From positions 1 to 33,771 of IMG/VR virus record IMGVR_UViG_3300020460_000034: a DNA stretch of 33,771 nt; one strand, written 5' to 3'. Below are positions 1-9,016 of the stretch, one piece after another. The translations under genes were made by a program, and so were the position numbers. The notes below the pieces were generated by a model, which made no database searches, was not told the origin of the DNA, and saw only the letters and a program-made list of their open reading frames with translations. The stretch comes from a virus (lineage: Duplodnaviria > Caudoviricetes). The stretch's first letter is position 1. Each line of letters starts with the position of its first letter.

Positions 1-602
1 TATCCCGTGTAGCCAATAATGTCTCCACGGATTGCCATAGAACCATTAATAACTAAACGATATTCGGAAGCAGGACGGCCATCATATGGCCCTGTGTACC
101 CTTCTCCAGCACGACGAGAGTACACCGAATAACGGTGACTCTCGGACAGGTAGTTGCCAGCATAAGCACCGCTGGCTATATCTGAACCGTAAGAAAGCTG
201 ATGAGTGTTATTGCCAGGACCAGCACTTGTGAAGTTCGCTCGATAGTTTAAGTCTTTTAAGAAATTTCCAGCATCTTGGCCATTGATATCAGTACCAGTG
301 CTCAAACCAATAACGCTATGTTGCGTGCTGTTGAGATACAGATGGTCTGTTGCGCCAAGAGAAACAGTTCCCGTACTCGTTAATGCGCCAGTTGAGTTAT
401 ACGACCCAGCTGTCACTGAACCCGTAACAGAAAGATTTCCTGTTATCGCCCCACCTGTGTTTTGGACAACGCCAGGTTTCGAGTCTGTTTGCCCTGGAAC
501 CCCTTCAAGCCACTGTTTAAGGTACGTCCAGTTGCCTTCATGCTCACTAGCAATAATTGCATTACCTGGACTGGCTACGTTTGGGTGATTAAAAGTTGCC
601 AT
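1..602 (-). CDS. Tail fibre/spike protein, 5' part (runs off the window)
   Basis: Not in the ORF track; translated by hand. ATG at 602-600 overlaps the upstream stop (TAATG). Reads MATFNHPNVASPGNAIIASEHEGNWTYLKQWLEG...GGAITGNLSVTGSVTAG... and stays open to position 1. Gly/Thr/Ser-rich and lies directly after the tail nozzle gene. Confidence 0.7.
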   Translation of the reverse strand, partial: MATFNHPNVASPGNAIIASEHEGNWTYLKQWLEGVPGQTDSKPGVVQNTGGAITGNLSVTGSVTAGSYNSTGALTSTGTVSLGATDHLYLNSTQHSVIGLSTGTDINGQDAGNFLKDLNYRANFTSAGPGNNTHQLSYGSDIASGAYAGNYLSESHRYSVYSRRAGEGYTGPYDGRPASEYRLVINGSMAIRGDIIGYTG

Positions 603-2197
603 TAACGTAATCTCCTATGGAGGTATGTGAACGCCATTCCGTTCACTTCCCACGCTTCATCAACATTGGTTGGACCTTCTACCCTTATTTGAATAGCTTT
701 AGCTGTCCCAACCGTGGGTAAACGTTCAATATTTGTTACATCAGTATTTGGTTCTGCCGACCAAAGGCTTGTACCCCAAACTCCTGTACCGCCAGTGGGG
801 CCAGGACCAGAAGCCCAAGTTGCATTTGTCACTCCACCTGTTTGAACGCCAAATGGCATTTCTTTCTTAAACGTAGAAGTGTCATAATCAACATATAGCT
901 TTGCGTTTAAGGCAACAGTGTTGTCTGAACTAACAATGAACCGCGGTTTACCCCAACGTTTCCTCACAACAGGATTTCTTCCGACAAGCCAGCTCGTCGT
1001 ATAAGAAGAATCTATGTGTTGGCTTGTTGTACCATAAAAATCCGCTTGGAGATCTTGCTCGAGTAAAACAACTCGTCCAGTGTTAGCGTAACTATCGCAC
1101 GCCGCCAACAAAGTTTGAGCATCATTAGGTGGAGCGAACGTCAACAAAGTGTTTGCATCAATGTCAGTCATTGTCCAAGCGCCTTGTTCCCCGATTGTGG
1201 GGTCAAAAATTAATACTCGACGCACAGGAGCGTTTACTCCCTTGCTGTCATCCCAATCAACTGAAACATATAAACGATTTTTGAACCACGCCAGCTGAGG
1301 GGGCTTATTGAATTTGATTCGCCCATCATCAATAGCTGGCTGCAGCTTTGAGAACATCCAAACAAATTGGCTACCGTTGTAATTCCAAATTCCTTGACGG
1401 TCATACCAAAAGAAAACACCGTATGGTGTTGACACAGGGGAAGACATTGAAACAGATCCAACGTCTTGGGTCAAAGGAACTAGCTGAAACGAATCAGAAG
1501 TGTGACCGTATAAAGCATGGACGCTATTGGTTTTGAATATGAGAAGCCTGTCAGAGAAAGGAAGCAAAGCCGAAATTTCGTCGCCGCGTTCCCCTACGTT
1601 GACATCGACGTAATCGTATTCTTGCCAAGCTTCTGGATCATCTAGCTTTGACCAGCGAACACGATTCGAATAAGCGGTTCCGCCTTCAGTGCTATGCCCA
1701 ACCCACGCAAAGTTATTCCAATGACAAGTGTATTTAGCTATTGGGTAATTACCAGTTGACCCATTTAGGTTATTGGCAAGGTTGGAAGCAGTCGTTCCGT
1801 CGTAAACAAACGAAGAAGCAACTCCCGAGACTCCATAAAACTTGTTGTTTGTTGTTTGACCGTAAAGCCGATCACCGTTTCCAACGCTTACACCGTTAAT
1901 CGTTGCGAAATCCCCAGGGGCAGACTCAGCAACAGTTGTTCCGTATGAACATATAACTCGTGCTGTGCCGCCATCGGGTGTGTATTGAGCTAAACCTGTA
2001 ACTTTTTCTTGCAAAGCAGTTGCATTGCGCTTTTGAACACCTAAACGCATTTTGATGCCACCTCGAGGGTCGACATCAACGTTTAGCATGTCAGGACTTT
2101 CGGATGGAGAAAGATTGAATTGATCCGAACGCAAGTTCAGACCACCGCTAAAGTCTTGAAGCATTTCTAACTTATAACCAGACTTAGACTTAGCCAT
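602..2197 (-). CDS. Tail nozzle / tail tubular protein B-like (P22 gp10 / T7 gp12-type beta-propeller)
   Basis: 531 aa, N-terminal DFSGGLN motif, RVRWS segment, beta-rich; follows the adaptor gene in podovirus order. Confidence 0.7.
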   Translation of the reverse strand: MAKSKSGYKLEMLQDFSGGLNLRSDQFNLSPSESPDMLNVDVDPRGGIKMRLGVQKRNATALQEKVTGLAQYTPDGGTARVICSYGTTVAESAPGDFATINGVSVGNGDRLYGQTTNNKFYGVSGVASSFVYDGTTASNLANNLNGSTGNYPIAKYTCHWNNFAWVGHSTEGGTAYSNRVRWSKLDDPEAWQEYDYVDVNVGERGDEISALLPFSDRLLIFKTNSVHALYGHTSDSFQLVPLTQDVGSVSMSSPVSTPYGVFFWYDRQGIWNYNGSQFVWMFSKLQPAIDDGRIKFNKPPQLAWFKNRLYVSVDWDDSKGVNAPVRRVLIFDPTIGEQGAWTMTDIDANTLLTFAPPNDAQTLLAACDSYANTGRVVLLEQDLQADFYGTTSQHIDSSYTTSWLVGRNPVVRKRWGKPRFIVSSDNTVALNAKLYVDYDTSTFKKEMPFGVQTGGVTNATWASGPGPTGGTGVWGTSLWSAEPNTDVTNIERLPTVGTAKAIQIRVEGPTNVDEAWEVNGMAFTYLHRRLR

Positions 2198-2200
2198 TCA

Positions 2201-2914
2201 CTACTCCCAGCTGTACCGTAAACGGCCTGGAAGATAAGACTCTGCTATCCATCGAGAACTTCTGCGTCCATTCAAACGCAAAGGCTGAGGTGCAGGAGTG
2301 TCTAAATGACGGGCTCGAAGGTTGTCTAGCTCGGTAATGAACAAAGATTTGTAGGCATTAGCCATATCCAAATCTTCTTGTTGATCATAAGCTCGAGAAA
2401 CTCCATAGTTCGCAATCAAAATATGGAATGGTTCTGGAAAGTCGCTAGGAGCCGTGCCGTCGGGAGAACCAAAACCAAACGCTGAAGGATTTTTGTATCC
2501 CCGAACATAAATAGTTTCCGCTCCAGAAGGTTTCGGGTACAAACGAACAGTGTCTGCCCAATAACTCCAGTAATAAGCGTCGCCGTTTCCAGCGGAATCA
2601 ATTGGGTAGGACACATCTGCTGCGTCCCGTCCCAAGAAAGTAAGAACTATGTCGTCAGTTCGAAGCGCAGCTATTTCTCTTAAACCGTTAGTGACTGCAT
2701 CAGGAGCTGCACCAATTACTGCTAAAGAATAATCTTGAACTCCGCCTGTTGTAGTGAAAGTTGTGCTGGCTTCATACCAAGGCCAACGTTTCTCGCTGTA
2801 AACGATTTGATCGTAGCCTTCTCCAAGGAAACGGTTAAGTGTGTCGTCATCAATATCTGAACTATCAATCTCGACAACACTTCTGATGTATGAGCGCATT
2901 TGCTCAATAAGCAC
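2201..2914 (-). CDS. Head-tail adaptor / tail tubular protein A-like
   Basis: 237 aa with WPW, VRLYPKP and FPEPFH motifs; sits between capsid and nozzle genes. Confidence 0.65.
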   Translation of the reverse strand: MLIEQMRSYIRSVVEIDSSDIDDDTLNRFLGEGYDQIVYSEKRWPWYEASTTFTTTGGVQDYSLAVIGAAPDAVTNGLREIAALRTDDIVLTFLGRDAADVSYPIDSAGNGDAYYWSYWADTVRLYPKPSGAETIYVRGYKNPSAFGFGSPDGTAPSDFPEPFHILIANYGVSRAYDQQEDLDMANAYKSLFITELDNLRARHLDTPAPQPLRLNGRRSSRWIAESYLPGRLRYSWE

Positions 2915-2916
2915 AT

Positions 2917-3168
2917 CTACTCCTTGATCATGTCAGAATGAAAAGTACACAAATCGGTTCCTGCGAGCGGTTTAGCTTTGCAAGCTGCACCGCTTTTAGT
3001 TGTGGCAAGACAAGGAGTCGCTGTAATTTCTTCTTCGCCTGCATAAGCAGGGACTTGAGCTACCTTTCGGCCAGCAACGTACTCAACGGTTAATCCTTGA
3101 GCATCATCTGATGGTTTTCCGTAAGGCCGAGCGTTTTGGCTGTATCCAACTTGAAGTGAGCGACTCAT
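2917..3168 (-). CDS. Small protein with C-terminal CCCH zinc-finger-like motif
   Basis: CLATTKSGAACKAKPLAGTDLCTFH; AGGA upstream of ATG. Confidence 0.6.
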   Translation of the reverse strand: MSRSLQVGYSQNARPYGKPSDDAQGLTVEYVAGRKVAQVPAYAGEEEITATPCLATTKSGAACKAKPLAGTDLCTFHSDMIKE

Positions 3169-3183
3169 CTGTTTCCTAACTAT

Positions 3184-3216
3184 TGGGGGGGCAGAAGCCG
3201 AAGCTTCTACCCCCCA
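3184..3216 (-). terminator. GC-rich stem-loop after the major capsid gene (terminator or mRNA stabiliser)
   Basis: Minus strand TGGGGGGTAGAAGC-TTCG-GCTTCTGCCCCCC; cUUCGg tetraloop; weak U-tract. Confidence 0.7.
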
Positions 3217-3231
3217 CCGTATAGCTAATTA

Positions 3232-4179
3232 TCAGGTGACGCCCTCTAGGTAACCTTGACGGTCCCTATTTGAGCAAGTCAGCTGTCCATAGCAAAGGAT
3301 CTGTGAGAACACAGCATCCTTGTCATTTGGCCGCACAAACGGAGTTGGCTTAAACCAGGTATCCGAGTGACGTACCAGTTGCAGGTACTTCGTGTTTAGC
3401 ATGTAGACAACACCATCGGTGGTGGCTGCATCAAAGGTCCACGGAGCGCCTTTATACATGAGGTTCTGGAATCCTGCGTCCGCCATATCCGTATCGGTGT
3501 AGCGGATGTTGCTGGTTAACAGAGCCTCGTAGCTTTCATAGTCATCTGCTTTTGAGATGATTATGGTGGGCTGGTCATTGCCGACGCTTACGCTGTTGTA
3601 GCGTGTCGCCAGTTTCGCCAGAGTCAAAGCGCCAGTTGTGGTTGTCGCTTGCGACTTCCAGAACTCGTTGCCTGTTACTGACGGGTCAATTCCACCAAGG
3701 GCGTTAGCTGTAAGAGCGGAGTCGTTAACGATGTTTTCGAGTCCGTTCCAGTCAGTTGCTTTGGTGGTTCCATCACCGTGGAACATGGTGTTCATGTTCT
3801 CAATAATGGATTCTTGTGTCTGGAAGATTTTGCCTTCGAGGAGGTCAATGATTTGAGCCTCTCCGTTATTTTGGGCTTCTTCAAGACCGTTTATAGTTAC
3901 AGTGGCAGCGTATTGACCCCAGCTGTATTCTGCAGCTGTAATGCCTGTTTGAGCCGTTACGTCAATAGTTTCTGTCCCTGCATATGATTTCGCAGTATCG
4001 TTCGCTTTATAGATGATCGGAACAACAATCTTTGCGCCGCCAGACACTGTTCTCATGGTTTGACCATTGGTCAACGCGTAGAAGAGTGGACGCGCACTGA
4101 AAATATTATCCGTCAACTTAGGAACGTAATTATTGAGAGTCGTAGTCAGAATCTCATCAAAACTGGTGTTACCAGCCAT
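3232..4179 (-). CDS. Major capsid protein
   Basis: 315 aa, directly after the scaffold gene, AGGAG RBS, followed by a stem-loop; sequence character of HK97-fold phage capsids (SGGAKIVVPI, GFQNLMYKG). Confidence 0.85.
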   Translation of the reverse strand: MAGNTSFDEILTTTLNNYVPKLTDNIFSARPLFYALTNGQTMRTVSGGAKIVVPIIYKANDTAKSYAGTETIDVTAQTGITAAEYSWGQYAATVTINGLEEAQNNGEAQIIDLLEGKIFQTQESIIENMNTMFHGDGTTKATDWNGLENIVNDSALTANALGGIDPSVTGNEFWKSQATTTTGALTLAKLATRYNSVSVGNDQPTIIISKADDYESYEALLTSNIRYTDTDMADAGFQNLMYKGAPWTFDAATTDGVVYMLNTKYLQLVRHSDTWFKPTPFVRPNDKDAVFSQILCYGQLTCSNRDRQGYLEGVT

Positions 4180-4197
4180 TTACATTCTCCTAAAAGG

Positions 4198-4926
4198 TTA
4201 AGTGCTTAGTTCTTGTTTTGCTCGTTCGAACGCTTCACGAACGCTTAACGGTGGAGAAGACATTGGAGATGGTTCGGTGCCCGCTTGGGTTGAACCCCCA
4301 GGGGTGACTACAGCTGCATCACGTTTTTTCTCAGTAATCTCTTGTTCAGCTTGCAATTTAGACAAAGCATCTTGAGTCTGATCAAAACGCCAGTGCTTAA
4401 AAGCAGCTTCGAGGTTCCCGATTCTGTGTTTAAGCGCATGGCCTAACAGCTCGTCAGTATCGAATTCTCCGTATTCCTCCTGTAAAGCATTCACTTCTCG
4501 TTCAAGGTCTAGTTTCCGTTGGACTGCTTCTTGCTGTTCAATCTTTTGTTCTAACGCTGCAATTCTTGCAATATTAGGATCGACTTCTTCCCAATCTTCC
4601 ATACTGGATTCCGTTTGAATTGGATTGTCCACACCAAATGATTTGGAAAGAGCTTGAATTGTGCCTGCAGGATCTTCCTGCACAGCTGTCATCAAAGCTT
4701 CGGCTTGTCTTAGACGGTCACGTTCCTCAGCTACCGCTTGCGTTTTGCGGGTATAATCCGCTCCACGCTGATAGCCATTTTGAAGTTCTTCAAGGGTGAC
4801 CTGCTGTTCTTCCCCGTCAATCTTGACGGTATATAAATCACCAGGTTCCTCTAAAACTTCTGTGGAAGCTTCGGGATTATCCACAGATTCTGTGGGTTCC
4901 ATTTCAACTTCGTTTTCTTCGGGCAC
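4198..4926 (-). CDS. Capsid scaffolding protein
   Basis: Acidic N-terminus, YTVKIDGEEQQVTLEELQNGYQRGADYTRKTQ scaffold signature, coiled-coil; lies between portal and capsid. Confidence 0.85.
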   Translation of the reverse strand: MPEENEVEMEPTESVDNPEASTEVLEEPGDLYTVKIDGEEQQVTLEELQNGYQRGADYTRKTQAVAEERDRLRQAEALMTAVQEDPAGTIQALSKSFGVDNPIQTESSMEDWEEVDPNIARIAALEQKIEQQEAVQRKLDLEREVNALQEEYGEFDTDELLGHALKHRIGNLEAAFKHWRFDQTQDALSKLQAEQEITEKKRDAAVVTPGGSTQAGTEPSPMSSPPLSVREAFERAKQELST

Positions 4927-4955
4927 TAGCCCCTCCTAGGAGTCTTCAACAGTTG

Positions 4956-4982
4956 CTCCTATAAGAATATACCTATGTCCCA
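4956..4982 (-). promoter_or_regulatory. Putative late-promoter motif
   Basis: TGGGACA-TAGGTATATTCT-TATAGGAG upstream of the scaffold/capsid genes. Confidence 0.65.
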
Positions 4983-6863
4983 CTATAGGGAGGGAAGTTC
5001 TACTCCCATTTGCCCTTGCAATTGCGCTAATAGCTCTGGAGGGATTCCTCCAGTAGGCGCAAATGCGCCTCCACCGCTTAAAGAAGCGTCTATTGCTGCG
5101 GGATCTGACGGCATTGGTGCTGCACCAGCAGATGCTGGAGGAGCAACCTGATCTTCAACTGCCATAGTTTGAGGATCTGGCTGCTGCACCAAGAATTTTT
5201 CGGGGTCTTTAATTCCGAAACCTTGCTCCAGCACATGAACTGCAAGCGCTTGGGGGTCGATAACCGTTCCCACAAGCGGAGCTATTGCGTTCATCAAGCT
5301 TACAGCTTGCTGTTTCCGAATTGTATCGTTCATTGGTTGAGTTGACCCAGCTTGAACGGAGAAATCGTATTCTCCCAAAATATCTTCTCTGGTGTATTCC
5401 AAAAACACATCGTCACCACCTGGGGTGCTGACTCGAGCCATTTCCGTACCAGTCATAAATTGTTGCATTAACTGGATTACTCGACGGGCACATCGGGAAA
5501 TACAAATTTCGACGATGGCTAATTTATCGGCAGCGCGAGCATTCTGAGCATCAGCGATAATGCTTGCTTCTGTTGCTGTGCGCCGTATCTCAGGCATTGC
5601 TCCCCGAGCGTATTCTGAAATGCCCGAAACAGTGTTTATGTCTGCTTCGATTGTGTTCGAATAGTTGTATATCTCTGGGCTCACGGGGACTTGAGGCATT
5701 GGAACAACAACTTCTTGAAGCGGCCTGTTCTCGTCCACGACTGGGACAAGTCGACCATCTTCATCGGATTCCAAAGCTTCTCGGCCTTCTGGGCCGAACG
5801 AACGTTCGTGATAAAGATATTTTCTGGCATACCGTTTTCTGTCGTTCATTAGCTGGCTTCGAGTTTTGTCTAATTCCAGCTGCAGGCTTTCAATGCTTTC
5901 GAGATCTCCTATCGGGTAGAAGTGATCTGGAACGTCGTAGTTCCTAAGCATCACAAACGGTTGCCCATATGCGTATGGCATAGGGGTTGGGTCTACAAGA
6001 AATTCGTCTGCCCCGTCAGCATAAACAGCCAAAGTGTTAGACGTAATGTCGTAGTATTCCCATATAACTACTTGTTCGGGAAGATATTGGTCTTTGTTTT
6101 CGTATTGTGGATATGATTCTGGGGCGCTGCTGGGAGCTAAACGTTTACGAGCTGAAGGCTTGTAACGCTTATCGTTTTCTGCTTCATGCAGTGGCCTAAG
6201 AATTCTTTGAGCTATCCAAGTAGCATCATCTATGGAATTAGCAGATGGATCTACGAAAACGTCAAATGGGGATATCCGTTCGATAAACGGCTGATCTTCT
6301 ACTACTCGAGCAATAGTTTGCGGAATGTTTGCCGCAATTTCTTCGTCGGTAAGTAAATCCCCTGCTAGATCAGGGTTTTCCATAGCAAACAGATCTGATT
6401 CCATTACAGCTTGCCCGAGCAGCTGTTCTCGTTCGCTTTCGGAAAGGCTTTGTTCTTGTTCTATAAATTTCCAACCAATTTTGACCCATCCGTGTCCAAA
6501 GATTAAAAAATCTTTGACGGCGTTTCGGAAAGGAGTACGAAAGTCGTGGTGTTTCCAAAGATAATTAACAACTGCTTCAACAAAATTTGCTGTAGGTGCA
6601 TTTGCTGGATCGTTAGCTTGAACAACTATTTTAGGGTAGTTAACGGCAACGCTTGGTGCTATCACGTTAACTGTGGAAAACGCTAGATTTACTGCAATCA
6701 AATCTTGTTGATTTGAAGTTGTTGAAGGCCAATGTTTTCCTCGATAGAGGTCAATTAGCCGTCGCCATAAATCTTCGTATCCTTCTTGGGTTCGCCAATT
6801 CTGGCATTGCCCAATTTTTTCTATGTAGTCTTCAAGTTTTTCTTGGCGGGAACGACGGGCCAT
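4983..6863 (-). CDS. Portal protein
   Basis: 626 aa with ERISPFDVFVDP, RRTATEA and YDFSVQAGS motifs typical of P22-like portals; synteny. Confidence 0.85.
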   Translation of the reverse strand: MARRSRQEKLEDYIEKIGQCQNWRTQEGYEDLWRRLIDLYRGKHWPSTTSNQQDLIAVNLAFSTVNVIAPSVAVNYPKIVVQANDPANAPTANFVEAVVNYLWKHHDFRTPFRNAVKDFLIFGHGWVKIGWKFIEQEQSLSESEREQLLGQAVMESDLFAMENPDLAGDLLTDEEIAANIPQTIARVVEDQPFIERISPFDVFVDPSANSIDDATWIAQRILRPLHEAENDKRYKPSARKRLAPSSAPESYPQYENKDQYLPEQVVIWEYYDITSNTLAVYADGADEFLVDPTPMPYAYGQPFVMLRNYDVPDHFYPIGDLESIESLQLELDKTRSQLMNDRKRYARKYLYHERSFGPEGREALESDEDGRLVPVVDENRPLQEVVVPMPQVPVSPEIYNYSNTIEADINTVSGISEYARGAMPEIRRTATEASIIADAQNARAADKLAIVEICISRCARRVIQLMQQFMTGTEMARVSTPGGDDVFLEYTREDILGEYDFSVQAGSTQPMNDTIRKQQAVSLMNAIAPLVGTVIDPQALAVHVLEQGFGIKDPEKFLVQQPDPQTMAVEDQVAPPASAGAAPMPSDPAAIDASLSGGGAFAPTGGIPPELLAQLQGQMGVELPSL

Positions 6864-6864
6864 G

Positions 6865-7137
6865 TCAGAACTGTGCTTTCTCAGGCAGTTTTTCTATATT
6901 TCTACCAGATTGTCGATACTCGGCAACAACCTTGTTTTCACGTTCGCGTTTCGTTAACCCTTGCTCATCTCGAGGAAGGATCGACTGAAAGCCTTGGCCT
7001 GTCGAAACTGTAATCGACTTTAGGCGAAGCCTACGTTCGTAGAGTTCTTGAAGTTCCTGAAAAGGAACTTGCCCACGTCGTTTAAGAACGTATTCAGTGA
7101 ACTCTTCAAAGCTGGCCCCATCTGGGAGGACAGCCAT
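6865..7137 (-). CDS. Hypothetical protein
   Basis: 90 aa, tightly packed in the packaging operon. Confidence 0.65.
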   Translation of the reverse strand: MAVLPDGASFEEFTEYVLKRRGQVPFQELQELYERRLRLKSITVSTGQGFQSILPRDEQGLTKRERENKVVAEYRQSGRNIEKLPEKAQF

Positions 7138-7140
7138 GCT

Positions 7141-7419
7141 TTAACCAGCGTTGTGACCGCGTAGATTAGGCTGCGTGCCAGGTTCTACTTTGCCAGTGGT
7201 TCCATGCTGATTTTTGGGAGTTTGTCGAATGCTGGTTTCACCGTAACCACCAGTTTGGTTAGCGTATTTGCCTGCATCCATGCGTTGTTTAGGAGACTGT
7301 CCGCCTCCTGGTTCCCAAATTGGGTTGGCCGATACTGACGACCCACGCTCCATTTTCCCATTTTTGCCCTTTGCCCCGTCGACAGTGCCGCCAGGAGTAT
7401 GAGCGATATTTCGTGCCAT
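7141..7419 (-). CDS. Hypothetical Gly-rich basic protein
   Basis: 92 aa, AAGGAAGGG RBS, preceded by the late motif. Confidence 0.65.
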   Translation of the reverse strand: MARNIAHTPGGTVDGAKGKNGKMERGSSVSANPIWEPGGGQSPKQRMDAGKYANQTGGYGETSIRQTPKNQHGTTGKVEPGTQPNLRGHNAG

Positions 7420-7443
7420 TACAGCCCTTCCTTATAGAACATG

Positions 7444-7469
7444 CTCTATAGATTGTTTACCGTGTCCCA
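7444..7469 (-). promoter_or_regulatory. Putative late-promoter motif
   Basis: TGGGACA-CGGTAAACAATC-TATAGAG overlapping the end of the terminase nuclease ORF. Confidence 0.65.
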
Positions 7470-8131
7470 CGGATAGTATTTGTCCCGATTGTAGCGGTAG
7501 AACTATCTTGGATGTTGCTGCCCCCTAATCGAGCAAACCAATTCCAAGTCCAGTAATCGTTTACTTCTGTCACGTATTCTGGTTCATGGGCATATTTACG
7601 CATTTGATTAGCTAAAGCTAAAGCCATGACTCTGTCATCGTAAGGAGAACCCGACATTGAACCTCGATCGTTTTTTACATAGGTTCGAAGTTCTGCCACA
7701 GTGTGACGGTCATTAATCATTAGTTCTTGATTGCGTAATGCAGAACCCAAATCGTCTATTAAAAGCGGTTTCGAAGTTCGAGTTGTCTTCCAACCGTATT
7801 CTTGGCTGATTCTATTGTTTACGTTGTTTAGTTGACGTTTTCTAAAAAGCGTTGGATATCCGAGGTGTCTCAGCTCAGTAATTGTTGTTAACCCGTGGTT
7901 ATTGGACTCGACGCAAGACAGTGCAGAATTATACCAGAGCCCAACTGAATAAACCTCTTCAGCTAAAAGATCGGGAGCAATATGTCCATGCCATATTGCC
8001 GCTTGGTTTCCTGTCCCTACGTTAATAACTTGAATAACGCTGTAGTCGCCGTGCCCTAAACCTTCAGCTGTGTCGACACCCATAACGTAAGCATTGTTTG
8101 TTTGAGGCTGTTCCCATACTTCGAAACTCAT
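7457..8131 (-). CDS. terL: Terminase large subunit, C-terminal RNase H-like nuclease domain (separate ORF)
   Basis: YVMGVDTAEG, VESNNHG and DDRVMALALA catalytic motifs. Confidence 0.85.
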   Translation of the reverse strand: MSFEVWEQPQTNNAYVMGVDTAEGLGHGDYSVIQVINVGTGNQAAIWHGHIAPDLLAEEVYSVGLWYNSALSCVESNNHGLTTITELRHLGYPTLFRKRQLNNVNNRISQEYGWKTTRTSKPLLIDDLGSALRNQELMINDRHTVAELRTYVKNDRGSMSGSPYDDRVMALALANQMRKYAHEPEYVTEVNDYWTWNWFARLGGSNIQDSSTATIGTNTIRGTR

Positions 8132-9015
8132 ACTCTGAACTCCACTTGCTTACCGCTTCGCCACATATAGCCCTGCTCTCCGTAAGACACATGCTTTGCC
8201 ATTTCTTCAAGAATGTCTAAATCAAACACAGGGTTACCCGACTTAACAAACGCCTCTTCGGGCGTTGTCGGGTATTCCTGTGCCAGCTGCCACGGCAGCA
8301 TCGATTCAATTTTTTCTTGATACCAAGAATCGCCTCTGTCTTCAGTCGCAGACCACGGATAGAACATAGGCTCAAACTTGTTTGACCCCGTTGAAGCCCC
8401 AACCCACAAATGGTGAAAAAAGTTGCCTGAACCGTTAGCCGTACTTAGGCCAATGATCCGCCCTCCCACGTCCGCCACGGGTTCAATACTCGCCCAGGCC
8501 TCTTCAGGGTTGGGGAGAAAGGCCCATTCGTCAACGACAATAAGTGTGGCCGATTCGCCACGGGCAGGATCCGACGCCGACGGCATTGATGTAATCTGCG
8601 ATCCGTTATCGAAACCCATTCGCTGTTGGTGTTCCACCAAGGACTTAGGTCCACGTTCTACCATCCATTTCGGTAAGTGTTGAAACCCGTACTTACTCTT
8701 TCGAAGTAACAATACGGATTCCCTCTCAGTTCGAGAGAGATCAATAATGTTCTGGTCTGGATGAAAAAACGCCAGCCAGAACTGGTGAGCAGCCACCAAG
8801 GTGCTCCACCCAATTTGTCGCGCTTTTAACGTAAGCGAATATCTATTTGCTGCCCAGTGTTCGATAGCTTCTTCCTGAGCTTGACGTAAAGCAAAAAGAA
8901 TACGCCCGTGAGCAGGGTGAGCAATGTGCCAATAGTTCTGTAAAAAATAGCTCTCATCTCTAACACATTTCCGCCATTCAGCTTCCCGACGTAATTCGGC
9001 TAATCTTGAACTCAT
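8128..9015 (-). CDS. terL: Terminase large subunit, N-terminal ATPase domain (separate ORF)
   Basis: LKARQIGWST (Walker A), LIVVDEWAF (Walker B), STANG coupling motif, QEYPTTPEEAF. Start probably the ATG at 9015 rather than 9024. Confidence 0.88.
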   Translation of the reverse strand: MSSRLAELRREAEWRKCVRDESYFLQNYWHIAHPAHGRILFALRQAQEEAIEHWAANRYSLTLKARQIGWSTLVAAHQFWLAFFHPDQNIIDLSRTERESVLLLRKSKYGFQHLPKWMVERGPKSLVEHQQRMGFDNGSQITSMPSASDPARGESATLIVVDEWAFLPNPEEAWASIEPVADVGGRIIGLSTANGSGNFFHHLWVGASTGSNKFEPMFYPWSATEDRGDSWYQEKIESMLPWQLAQEYPTTPEEAFVKSGNPVFDLDILEEMAKHVSYGEQGYMWRSGKQVEFRV

Positions 9016-9016
9016 G
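9001..9016 (+). promoter_or_regulatory. Putative -10 box for a leaderless oxygenase transcript
   Basis: TAATCT at 9001-9006, 7 nt before ATG 9014; no Shine-Dalgarno upstream. Confidence 0.45.

Noticed and set aside
283-588. Plus-strand 101-aa ORF and the other short ORFs antisense to or nested in long genes (e.g. 11452-11982, 12484-12984, 31346-31762, 33293-33646)
   Set aside because: These are shadows of well-supported genes on the other strand or frame, with no independent signals. Only 16266-16853 was kept, because of its repeated motifs.
3244-3266. GGGACC-N12-TAGAG at the end of the capsid gene, and TGGGACA near 704-710, as extra late motifs
   Set aside because: The second box is degenerate or missing, and the first lies upstream of the stem-loop; not counted.
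4981-4990. CACTATAGGG, matching the 3' end of the T7 promoter
   Set aside because: The upstream TAATACGACT is absent, it points antisense into the portal gene, and no T7-type RNAP is present.
8100-8160. Intron or intein explaining the terL split
   Set aside because: There is no intervening sequence; the two ORFs overlap by 4 nt.
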